This document shows, piece by piece, positions 51,701 to 63,700 of a stretch of 64,000 nt of DNA. The DNA is from Candidatus Oxydemutator sp. (GTDB lineage Bacteria > Pseudomonadota > Gammaproteobacteria > Poriferisulfidales > Oxydemutatoraceae). The notes below the pieces were generated by a model. That model ran no database searches, was not told the DNA's origin, and worked only from the letters and a program-made list of their open reading frames with translations. The position numbers and the translations under genes are program-made. The stretch's first letter is position 1. Every line of letters begins with the position of its first letter. The stretch covers positions 576,001 to 640,000 of the forward strand of contig OZ241883.1 in the NCBI GenBank assembly GCA_965203445.1, in the 5' to 3' direction.

Positions 51701-54700
51701 CGGTAATGACGTCATCGCGCACCCTCACCGAAAACGACGCGCTGCTCGCGCCGGATGCGATGACCACGCTGCCGCTGGTCCTGCCGTCAAAGTCGTCGGC
51801 GTTGACCTGGTTGCCGCCCACCGCCCAATTCCAACTCGCAGTCACCCCCGCCGGCAAGGCCCCCGGAAAGCGCACCACGTAACTCGCGGTGCCACCTTCC
51901 GACACCGTCTCGCTGCCGGCGAACGTCGGCGTAAGACTTATCTCCCGCTGCGTCTCCCGCTGCGACGTGCGACGCGCCACCTCCGTGTCGGTAGCACCGC
52001 CGAACACCAGCACCGGGTAATCAAACTTGGTGCCGAAATCCCACGGAGCGTCGTCGTTCAAATCGCCGTCGCTGCCCTGATCCACGTCGTCCACGTTCAA
52101 CTTGTCCCAACCGGCGTAGATGGTGCCCGTCGCCGTGAGCGGGAACAACAAGTCGCTCGACGTCTTCGCAACAACGTCGTCCAGACCATGCGCGTTCGTT
52201 CCGCAGCAACTGCTCCGGAGGCTGCGCTCTTTGTCAAAATAACTCGACTCCACCGCGGCGCCGGCAACCCTGTTCCCTATCAAACCGCCGACCAGCCCTC
52301 CCCCCGTCGGTATCCCGACGGAGTAGCTGGCGCTGACCACCGACGCGGCGCCGGCTTCGCCCACCAGACCGCCCGCGTTGCTTGCCTCTGCATGCACCTC
52401 CACGTCGGCGTAACTCGCCACCAAACTGCCGTAATGACCCCCTATCAAACCGCCCACCCCGGATGCGCCGGATATGCGACCGCCACTCACGTAACTCGCC
52501 GCCACTTTGCCCTCGTTGCGGCCCACCAGCGCACCGGTATAGGTGCTGCTGCGACCCAAATCCACCTGCGCGTTGCGCAAGCCCACGTTGCGGATTCTGC
52601 CGTCGGCGCCGACGATGCCGAACAAACCCGTGCCATACACCCCGCCGCCGCTCATCCGCAGGTTGCTGATGACGTGGCCGTTGCCTTCGAAAACAGCGGT
52701 GTAAGCATCCGGCGTACCGCCCCCGCCTAGCGGCGTCCAGTCCGCTACGTCGGACAGATCCAGGTCGGCCGATAACTCGTAGCCGGTGCACGCACCCGGA
52801 CAGCTCGCCTCGTCGAAAAAGGGAAACGCCCGCCGATAAGCGACGTTGTTCGCGTCGCCCACGCCCGTCACCCCGACACCGCCCAGGTCGTGGCGGATCG
52901 CCGCCAACTGCGACGTCGTCGCCACCTCTATCAAGGTGTCGCCGTCGACGTCGTAGTCCTTTTCGACTCCGTCGCTGGGATCGATCACGGTCCTCACCGG
53001 AGCGGGCACGCCTAAGCGCACGCCACGCGCGGGCACCCCCGCGCCCGTGAGCCTTGCATTGCTCAACGCAACCACCATGGTCTCGAACGACTCGGTATCG
53101 GCGTCGTCGCGCACTACCACCGAAAACGACGCGCTGACGGCGCCAGACCTGATGACCACGGTGCCGGTCGTGTTGACAAAGTCGGCGGCGTCGGCTTCGC
53201 CGCCGCCCACGGCCCAATCCCAAGTCGCGCGCACCCCCGCCGGCAAGACCATCGGCAAGCGCACCACGTAACTCGCGGTGCCGCCTTCCGACACGGTCTC
53301 GCTTCCGATGAGCGTCGGTGCAAGACTTACCTGCGGCTGCGCCTCCTGCTGCGACCTGCTACGCGCCTGCCTCGTCTCGGTAGCACCGCCGAACACCAGC
53401 ACCGGGTAATCAAACGCGCTGCCGAAATCCCACGGACTGTCGTCGTTGTAGTCGACGTCGCCCCCCTGATCCACGTCGTCCACGTTCAACTTGTCCCAAC
53501 CCTCGTAGATGGTGCCCGCGGCCGTGGTCGGTGTGCGCAACTGGTACGACGTCCTCGGAGCGACGTTGTTCAGATCACCCGGGTTCCTTCCGCAGCAACT
53601 GGCCCGAAGGCTGCGCTGCACGTCAAAATAACTCGACTCCACCACGGAACCGGCAACCCGGTTCCCTATCAAACCGCCGACGAAGGCAGTCCCCGACTCC
53701 GCTTCCACCAACCCGACGGAGTAGCTGGCGCTCACCACCGACGCGCCATCGGCGTCGCCCGTCAAACCGCCCACGCCGCTCTCTATTCCATGCACCCTCA
53801 CGGCCGCGTAACTCGCCACCAACCGCCCGCCGTAATGACTCCCTACCAAACCGCCCACCGAAGCCACGCCGGATACGCTACCGCCAATGACGTAGCTCGC
53901 CACCACTTCGCCCCGGTCCCCGTTGTCTCCTACCAGCGCGCCTACAAAATAGCCACCGTGCACCTGAACGTTACGCAAGCCCACGTTGCGGATCACGCCA
54001 CTGCCGTTCACGGCCCCGAACAAACCTATCTGAGTCGGAACGGCAGCAGGATTACCAGGCGGAACGTCATGATACATCGTCAAGTTTTTGATGACGTGGC
54101 CGTTGCCTTCAAAAACAGCGGTGTAAGCATCCCCCGGAAAGTCGCGCAGCGGGACGTTCCCGCCTATAGGCTCCCAGTTCGGTATGTCGGACAGATCCAG
54201 GTCGGCCGACAACTCGTAGCCAATGCACGTGCCCGGACAAGTCTCCATCTCGTCGTACAGGGGAAACGCCGCCCGATAAGCCCGATAAGCTGCCTCATTC
54301 GCACTGCTCACGCCCGCCAGCCCGGCGCCGCCCAGGTCGTGGCCGATCGCCGCCAACTGCGACGTCGTCGCCACCTCTATCAAGTTGTCGTCGTCAAAGT
54401 CGTAGTCCACGCGATCACGCACCTTGACCGTCACCGTGTCCACGCCCGTCGCGCCGCGCGCGTCCGCAACCGTCAACTCGAACACCAGCGTCTCCGCCAC
54501 CGCCGCCCGCGGCACCGCGAACGTCGCCGTCTCCGACGTGGCGCCCGTCACCTCGACGACCGTGCCGCTGAGCTGACGCCACCGATACGTCAACTCCTCG
54601 CCTTCCGGATCATCCGCGACGCCGCGCAGCGCAACCACGTCGCCTTCGCGCACGATCACGTCGGAACCCGCGTCCACCATCGGCGCGTCGTTCGCGCCCG

Positions 54701-57700
54701 CGCGCACCGTGATCACCACCGTGTTCGTTGTCTGACCACTCAACTGCCGTTCCACGGGCGACGACAAACCCCGCGTGTCCGTCGCCACCAGCACGAACGT
54801 CAGGGTCTCGCTGCTCACCAACTGCTCCGGCGCCACAAACGTCGTGCTGCGCGCTGCGGCGTCGTGCAACGACACCTGACTGCCGCTGATCTGACGCCAG
54901 CCATACACCAGCATCTCGTTCTCCGGATCCCTGCCTACGCCGGCAAGCGTTACCACGTCGCCCTCGTCCACCATCTGGTCGGCGCCCGCGTCCGCTACCG
55001 GCGCGGCGTTCGCGCCCGCGCGCACCGTGATCACCACCGTGTTCGTCGTCTGACCGCTCAACTGCCGTTCTCTCGGCGACGACAGGCCGCGCGTGTCCGT
55101 CGCCACCAGCACGAACGTCAGGGTCTCGTCGCTCACCAACTGCTCCGGCGCCACAAACGTCGTGCTGCGCGCTGCGGCGTCGTGCAACGACACCTGACTG
55201 CCGCTGATCTGACGCCAGCCATACACCAGCATCTCGTTCTCCGGATCGCTACCGTCGCCGTCCAGCGTTACCATCTCGCCCTCGTACACCACCTGATCAT
55301 CGCCCGCGTCCGCCGTCGGCGCGTCGTTCGGCCCCGCTCGCACCGTGATCACCACCGTGTTCGTCGTCTGACCGCTCAACTGCCGTTCTCTCGGCGACGA
55401 CAAACCCCGCGTGTCCGTCGCCACCAGCACGAACGTCAGGGTCTCGTCGCTTACCAACTGCTCCGGCGCCACAAACGTCGTGCTGCGCGCTGCGGCGTCG
55501 CGCAACGACACCTGACTCCCGCTGATCTGACGCCAGCCATACTCCAGCACCTCCTCCTCCGGATCGCTGCCGGTGCCGGCCAGCGTTACCACCTCGCCCT
55601 CGTCCACCATCTGATCGGCGCCCGCGTCCGCCACCGGCGCGTCGTTCGCGCCCGGGCGCACCGTGATCACCACCGTGTTCGTCGTCTGACCGCTCAACTG
55701 CCGCTCTCTCGGCGACGACAAGCCGCGCGTGTCCGTCGCCACCAGCACGAACGTCAGGGTCTCGCTGCTCGCCAACTGCACCGGCGCCAGGAACGTCGTG
55801 CTGCGCGCTGCGGCGTCGTGCAACGACACCTGACTTCCGCTGATCTGACGCCAGCCATACACCAGCATCTCGTCCTCCGGATCGCTGCCTACGCCGGCCA
55901 GCGTTACCAACTGGCCCTCGTCCACCACCTGATCATCGCCCGCGTCCGCCGTCGGCGCGTCGTTCGGCCCCGGCAACACCTCGACCGACACCTCGGCAGA
56001 CGAACTCGCATCGCGCCTGTCCGTCACCGTCAGACGGAACACCAGCGTCGCCGTCTCCGCCAACTGCATCGGCGCCCTGAAACTCGCCCTATTCGTCGTC
56101 GGTTCGCCCAGCCCCACGTCAATACCGCCAATCTGTTCCCATCTATACGACAGACGGCCACCCTCGGTGTCCGTCGCACTGCCGCGCAACGTAACCTCGG
56201 CGCCTTCGCCTACCACTTGATCCGAACCGGCATCCACCACCGGCGGCGTGTTGACCCCCAGCTCCACATAGACCACCAAATCATCGGTCGTCGCGGCACC
56301 GCGCTCGTCCGTAACACGCAACGCAAACGCTATCTCCGTCGCCGAACTCAAACCCGTCGGTATCACAAAGCTCGTAATCCTCGACGACGCATCGCTCAAC
56401 GCAACTCCCAGCACCTCCGCACCGCTGGTCTGACTCCACCGATACCTCAACTCCTCGCTCTCAGGATCATAGGCGCTGCCGCGCAGCACCACCACGTCGC
56501 CCTCGCCCGCAAGCAGATTATCGCCCGCGTCCACCACCGGCGCGTCGTTCGCTCCCGCGCGCACTTCGACCACTACCGTGTCCGTGTCCGTCGCCCCGCG
56601 CGCGTCCGCCACCGTCAACTCGAACACCAGCGTCGCCGTCTCCACCAACTGCATCGGCGCCGTGAACGTCACGGTGGTCGTCGTGGTGGTCGTGGCGCCT
56701 ATCGTCGCTCCCGTCAACGTCACTCGACCGCCGCCGATCTGACGCCAGCCATACGTCAGATCCTCTCTCTCTGGATCACTGCTGCCATCGCCGTCCAGCG
56801 TTACCAGTCCGCCCTCGTCCACCACCTGATCATCACCCGCGTCCGCCACCGGCGCGTCGTTCGCGCCCGCGCGCACCGTCACCACCACCGTCGCCGTCGT
56901 CGAAACCGCACCACGCGTGTCCGTTACACGCAGCGCAAACTCCAACTCCTCATCCGACACCAACTGCATCGGCGCCGTGAAACTCGCGGTTACCGACATC
57001 GCGTTCGTCAGCGTAACGCGCACGCCCCGGGTCTGACTCCAGACATACACCAGCGCTTCTTTCTCCGGATCGTTACTGGCGTCGCCGTCCAGTATCACCA
57101 CCGCGCCCTCGGACACCACCTGGGCAAAACCGGCGTCCGCCGTCGGCGCGTCGTTCGCGCCCGGGCGCACCGTGATCACCACCGTGTTCGTCGTCTGATC
57201 GCTCAACTGCCGCTCCGCAGGCGACGACAGTCCGCGCGTGTCCGTCGCCACCAACACGAACGTCAGGGTCTCGCTGCTCACCAGCTGCACCGGCGCCACA
57301 AACGTCGTGCTGCGCGCCCCGGCGTCGTACAACGACACCTGACTGCCGCTGATCTGACGCCAGCCATACACCAACATCTCGTCCTCCGGATCGCTGCCCG
57401 CGCCGTCCAGCGTCACCACGTCGCCCTCGTCCACCACCTGATCATCGCCCGCGTCCGCCGTCGGTGCGTCGTTCTCGCCCGGAACCACCTCGACCACCAC
57501 CGTGGCCGTGCCCGTCGCGTCGCGCGCGTCCGTTACCGTCAACTCGAACACCAGCGTCGCCGTCTCCGCCAACTGCATCGGCGCCATGAACGTCGCGGTG
57601 GTCCTGGAACCTATCGTCGCTCCCGTCAGCGTCACTCGACCGCCGCCGATCTGACGCCAGCCATAGCTCAACTCCTCTCTCTCCGGATCCCTGCTACCGT

Positions 57701-60700
57701 CGCCGTCCAGCGTTACCATCTCGCCCTCGGACACCACCTGATCATCGCCCGCGTCCGCTATCGGCGCGTCGTTCTCGCCCGCACGCACCGTGATCACCAC
57801 CGTGTTCGTTGTCCGATCGCTCAACTGACGTTCCACGGGCGACGACAGACCCCGCGTGTCCGTCGCCACCAGCACGAACGTCAGGGTCTCGCTGCTCGCC
57901 AACTGCACCGGCGCCAGGAACGTCGTGCTGCGCGCTGCGGCGTCGTGCAACGACACCTGACTGCCGCTGATCTGACGCCAGCCATACACCAGCATCTCGT
58001 CCTCCGGATCGCTGCCATCGCCGGCCAGCGTCACCAACTGGCCCTCGTCCACCACCTGATCGGCGCCCGCATCCGCTACCGGCGCGTCGTTCGGCCCCGG
58101 CAACACCTCGACCGACACCTCGGCAGACGAACTCGCATCGCGCCCGTCCGTCACCGTCAGACGGAACACCAGCGTCGCCGTCTCCGCCAACTGCATCGGC
58201 GCCGTGAACGTCGCCACCGACGACGTCGGATTCCCCAAAACCACGTCGCCACCGCCGATCTGTTCCCACCTGTACGACAATACGCCGCCCTCGGTGTCCG
58301 TCGCACTGCCGCGCAGCGTGACCTCCGCCCCTTCATCCACCACTTGATCGGAACCGGCATCCACCATCGGCGGCGTGTTCGCTCCCAACTCCACCCTGAC
58401 CACCACTCGCGCGGTCGCCGCCAGACCGCGCTCGTCCGTCACCCTCAACGCAAATCCCAACACCACCGCATCCAACGGCGACGTGAACGTCGCCACCGAC
58501 GACGTCGCACCCGACAACATCACCGTCGGCTGACCGCTGGTCTGACTCCACTGATACCTCAACGTCTCGTTCTCCGGATCAAACGCCACCCCGCGCAGCG
58601 TAACCTCCTCACCCTCGCCCACCACCTGATCCTGCCCCGCGCTCACCACCGGCGCGTCGTTCGGCCCCGGCAACACCTCGACCGACACCTCGGCCGACGA
58701 ACTCGCATCGCGCCGATCCGTCACCGTCAGACGGAACACCAGCGTCGCCGTCTCCGCCAACTGCATCGGCGCCGTGAACGTCGCCACCGCCACCATCGGA
58801 TTCCCCAAAACCACGTCGCCACCGCCGATCTGTTCCCATCTGTACGACAATACGCCGCCCTCGTTGTCCGTCGCACTGCCGCGCAGCGTGACCTCCGCCC
58901 CTTCGCCGACCACTTGATCGGAACCGGCATCCACCACCGGCGGCGTGTTCGTCCCCAACTCCACCCGAACCACCACCAGCGCGGTCGTCGCCAGACCACG
59001 CTCGTCCGTCGCCCTCAACGCAAATATCAGCACCGCCGCCTCCGCCAGACCCGACGGCGACGTGAACGTCGCCACCGACGACGTCGCACCCGACAACACC
59101 ACCGTCGGCTGACCGCTGGTCTGGCTCCATTGATACCTCAACGTCTCGTTCTCCAGATCAAACGCCACCCCGCGCAGCACCACCGCCTCGCTCGAACCCA
59201 CTACCTGGTTCCGCCCCGCACTCACCACCGGCGCGTCGTTCGGCCCCGGCAACACCTCGACTGACACCTCGGCCGACGAACTCGCATTGCGCCCGTCCGT
59301 CACCGTCAGACGGAACACCAGCGTCGCCGTCTCCGCCAACTGCATCGGCGCCGTGAACGTCGCGGTTACCGACTGCGCGTTCGTCAGCGTGACTCCCCTG
59401 CCGCTGACCTGACGCCAGTCATACCTCAACTCCTCTCTCTCCAGATCGCTGCTGCCAGTGCCGTCCAGCGTTACCAACTCGCCCTCGTCCACCACCTGAT
59501 CGGCGCCCGCGTCCGCTACCGGCGCGTCGTTCTCGCCCGCGCGCACCGTGACCGACACCGTGTCCGTGCCCACCGCGTCGCGCGCGTCCGTTACCGTCAA
59601 CTCGAACACCAGCGTCGCCGTCTCCGCCAACTGCATCGGCGCCAGGAACGTCGCGGTGGTCCTGGAACCTATCATCGCTCCCGTCAGCGTCACTCGACCG
59701 CCGCCGATCTGACGCCAGCCATAGCTCAACTCCTCTCTCTCCGGATCCCTGCTACCGTCGCCGTCCAGCGTTACCATCTCGCCCTCGTACACCACCTGAT
59801 CATCGCCCGCGTCCGCCGTCGGCGCGTCGTTCTCGCCCGCGCGCACCGTGATCACCACCGTGTTCGTCGTCTGACCGCTCAACTGCCGTTCCACGGGCGA
59901 CGACAAACCCCGCGTGTCCGTCGCCACCAGCACGAACGTCAGGGTCTCGTCGCTCACCAACTGCTCCGGCGCCACAAACGTCGTGCTGCGCGCTGCGGCG
60001 TCGTGCAACGACACCTGACTCCCGCTGATCTGACGCCAGCCATACACCAGCATCTCGTCCTCCGGATCGCTGCCAACCCCGTCCAGCGTTACCACGTCGC
60101 CCTCGTCCACCATCCGGTCGGCGCCCGCGTCCGCGACCGGCGCGTCGTTCGCGCCCGGGCGCACCGTGATCACCACCGTGTTCGTCGTCTGACCGCTCAA
60201 CTGCCGCTCTCTCGGCGACGACAAGCCGCGCGTGTCCGTCGCCACCAGCACGAACGTCAGGGTCTCGCTGCTCGCCAACTGCACCGGCGCCAGGAACGTC
60301 GTGCTGCGCGCTGCGGCGTCGTGCAACGACACCTGACTGCCGCTGATCTGACGCCAGCCATACACCAGCATCTCGTCCTCCGGATCGCTGCCATCGCCGG
60401 CCAGCGTTACCAACTGGCCCTCGTCCACCACCTGATCGGCGCCCGCGTCCGCCGTCGGCGCGTCGTTCTCGCCCGGCAACACCTCGACCGACACCTCGGC
60501 AGACGAACTCGCATTGCGCCCGTCCGTCACCGTCAGACGGAACACCAGCGTCGCCGTCTCCGCCAACTGCATCGGCGCCGTGAACGTCGCCACCGACGAC
60601 GTCGGATTGCCCAAACCCACGTCGCCACCACCGATCTGTTCCCACCTGTACGACAATACGCCGCCCTCGGTGTCCGTCGCACTGCCGCGCAACGTGACCT

Positions 60701-63700
60701 CCGCCCCTTCGTCCACCACTTGATCGGAACCGGCATCCACCACCGGCGGCGTGTTCGTCTCCAACTCCACACGAACTGCCACCCGCGCGGTCGTCGCCAG
60801 ACCGCGCTCGTCCACAGCCCTCAATGCAAATCCCAGCACCGCCGCCTCCGCCAGACCCGACGGCGACGTGAACGTCGCCACCGACGACGTCGCACCCGAC
60901 AACACCACCGTCGGCTGACCGCTGGTCTGACTCCACTGATACCTCAACGTCTCGTTCTCCGGATCAAACGCCACCCCGCGCAGCGTAACCTCCTCGCCCT
61001 CGCCCACCACCTGATCCTGCCCCGCGCTCACCACCGGCGCGTCGTTCGGCCCCGGCAGCACCTCGACCGACACCTCGGCCGACGAACTCGCATTGCGCCC
61101 GTCCGTCACCGTCAACCGGAATACCAGCGTCGCCGTCTCCGCCAACTGCATCGGCGCCGTGAACGTCGCGGTTACCGACATCGCGTTCGTCAGCGTGACT
61201 CCCCTGCCGCTGACCTGACGCCAGTCATACCTCAACTCCTCTCTCTCCAGATCGCTGCTGCCAGTGCCGTCCAGCGTTACCAACTCGCCCTCGTCCACCA
61301 CCTGATCAAGTCCGGCGTCCGCCATCGGCACGTCGTTCTCGCCCGGCAACACCTCGACCGACACCTCGGCAGACGAACTCGCATTGCGCCCGTCCGTCAC
61401 CGTCAACCGGAACACCAGCGTCGCCGTCTCCGCCAACTGCATCGGCGCCGTGAACGTCGCCACCGACGACGTCGGATTGCCCAAAACCACGTCGCCACCG
61501 CTGATCTGTTCCCATCTGTACGACAATACGCCGCCCTCGTTATCCGTCGCACTGCCGCGCAACGTGACCTCCGCCCCTTCGTCCACCACTTGATCCGAAC
61601 CGGCATCCACCATCGGCGGCGTGTTCGTCCCCAACTCCACCCGAACCGCCACACGCGCGGTCGTCGCCAGACCGCGCTCGTCCGTCGCCCTCAACGCAAA
61701 TATCAGCACCGCCGCCTCCGCCAGACCCGACGGCGACGTGAACGTCGCCACCGACGACGTCGCACCCGACAACACCACCGTCGGCTGACCGCTGGTCTGA
61801 CTCCACTGATACCCCAACGTCTCGTTCTCCGGATCGAACGCCACGCCGCGCAGCACCACTTCCTCGCCCTCGCCCACTATCTGCTCCCGCCCCGCGCTCA
61901 CCACCGGCGCGTCGTTCGGCCCCGGCAACACCTCGACCGACACCTCGGCCGACGAACTCGCATTGCGCCCGTCCGTCACCGTCAGACGGAACACCAGCGT
62001 CGCCGTCTCCGCCAACTGCATCGGCGCCGTGAACGTCGCGGTTACCGACTGCGCGTTCGTCAGCGTGACCCCTCTGCCGCTGACCTGGCGCCAGTCATAC
62101 CTCAACTCTTCTCTCTCCAGATCGCTGCTGCCAGTGCCGTCCAGCGTTACCAACTCGCCCTCGTCCACCACCTGATCAAGTCCGGCGTCCGCCGTCGGCG
62201 CGTCGTTCTCGCCCGGCAACACCTCGACCGACACCTCGGCAGACGAACTCGCATCGCGCCCATCCGTCACCGTCAGACGGAACACCAGCGTCGCCGTCTC
62301 CGCCAACTGCTCCGGCGCCGTGAACGTCGCCACCGACGACGTCGGATTGCCCAAAACCACGTCGCCACCGCTGATCTGTTCCCATCTGTACGACAATACG
62401 CCGCCCTCGTTATCCGTCGCACTGCCGCGCAACGTGACCTCCGCCCCTTCGTCCACCACTTGATCCGAACCGGCATCCACCATCGGCGGCGTGTTCGTCC
62501 CCAACTCCACCCGAACCGCCACACGCGCGGTCGTCGCCAGACCGCGCTCGTCCGTCGCCCTCAACGCAAATATCAGCACCGCCGCCTCCGCCAGACCCGA
62601 CGGCGACGTGAACGTCGCCACCGACGACGTCGCACCCGACAACACCACCGTCGGCTGACCGCTGGTCTGACTCCACTGATACCCCAACGTCTCGTTCTCC
62701 GGATCGAACGCCACCCCGCGCAGCACCACTTCCTCGCCTTCGCCCACTATCTGGTTCCGCCCCGCGCTCACCACCGGCGCGTCGTTCGGCCCCGGCAACA
62801 CCTCGACCGACACCTCGGCCGACGAACTCGCATTGCGCCCGTCCGCCACCGTCAACCGGAACACCAGCGTCGCCGTCTCCGCCAACTGCTCCGGCGCCGT
62901 GAACGTCGCGGTTACCGACTGCGCGTTCGTCAGCGTGACTCCCCTGCCGCTGACCTGACGCCAGTCATATCCCAACTCCTCTCTCTCCAGATCGCTGCTG
63001 CCAGTGCCGTCCAGCGTTACCAACTCGCCCTCGTCCACCACCTGATCAAGTCCGGCGTCCGCCGTCGGCGCGTCGTTCTCGCCCGGCAACACCTCGACCG
63101 ACACCTCGGCCGACGAACTCGCATCGCGCCCATCCGTCACCGTCAGACGGAACACCAGCGTCGCCGTCTCCGCCAACTGCATCGGCGCCGTGAACGTCGC
63201 GGTTACCGACATCGCGTTCGTCAGCGTGACTCCCCTGCCGCTGACCTGACGCCAGTCATACCCCAACTCTTCTCTCTCCAGATCGCTGCTGCCGGTGCCG
63301 TCCAGCGTTACCATCTCGCCCTCGTCCACCACCTGATCAGCGCCCGCGTCCGCCGTCGGCGCGTCGTTCTCGCCCGGCAACACCTCGACCGACACCTCGG
63401 CAGACGAACTCGCATTGCGCCGGTCCGTCGCCGTCAGACGGAACACCAGCGTCGCCGTCTCCGCCAACTGCATCGGCGCCGTGAACGTCGCCACCGACGA
63501 CGTCGGATTACCCAAACCCACGTCAATACCGCCCGTTTGTTCCCACCTATACAACAGACGGCCGCCCTCGGTGTCCGTCGCACTGCCGCGCAACGTGACC
63601 TCGGCGCCTTCGTCCACCACTTGATCCGAACCGGCATCCACCATCGGCGGCGTGTTGACCCCCAACTCCACATAGACCACCAAATCATCGGTCGTCGCCG

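Noticed and set aside
15-53271. Family of ~93-aa 'MVLTETG...GKRTT' + strand ORFs repeated every 1.4 kb, resembling a small-gene array
   Set aside because: Each overlays a Calx-beta coding segment on the opposite strand and has no independent expression signals. I used them only as frame and periodicity markers.
1-54407. CRISPR-like or integron-like pattern of conserved repeats with variable spacers
   Set aside because: The repeats are protein framework within a continuous frame at 1.4-kb period; no cas gene, integrase or attC structure was seen.
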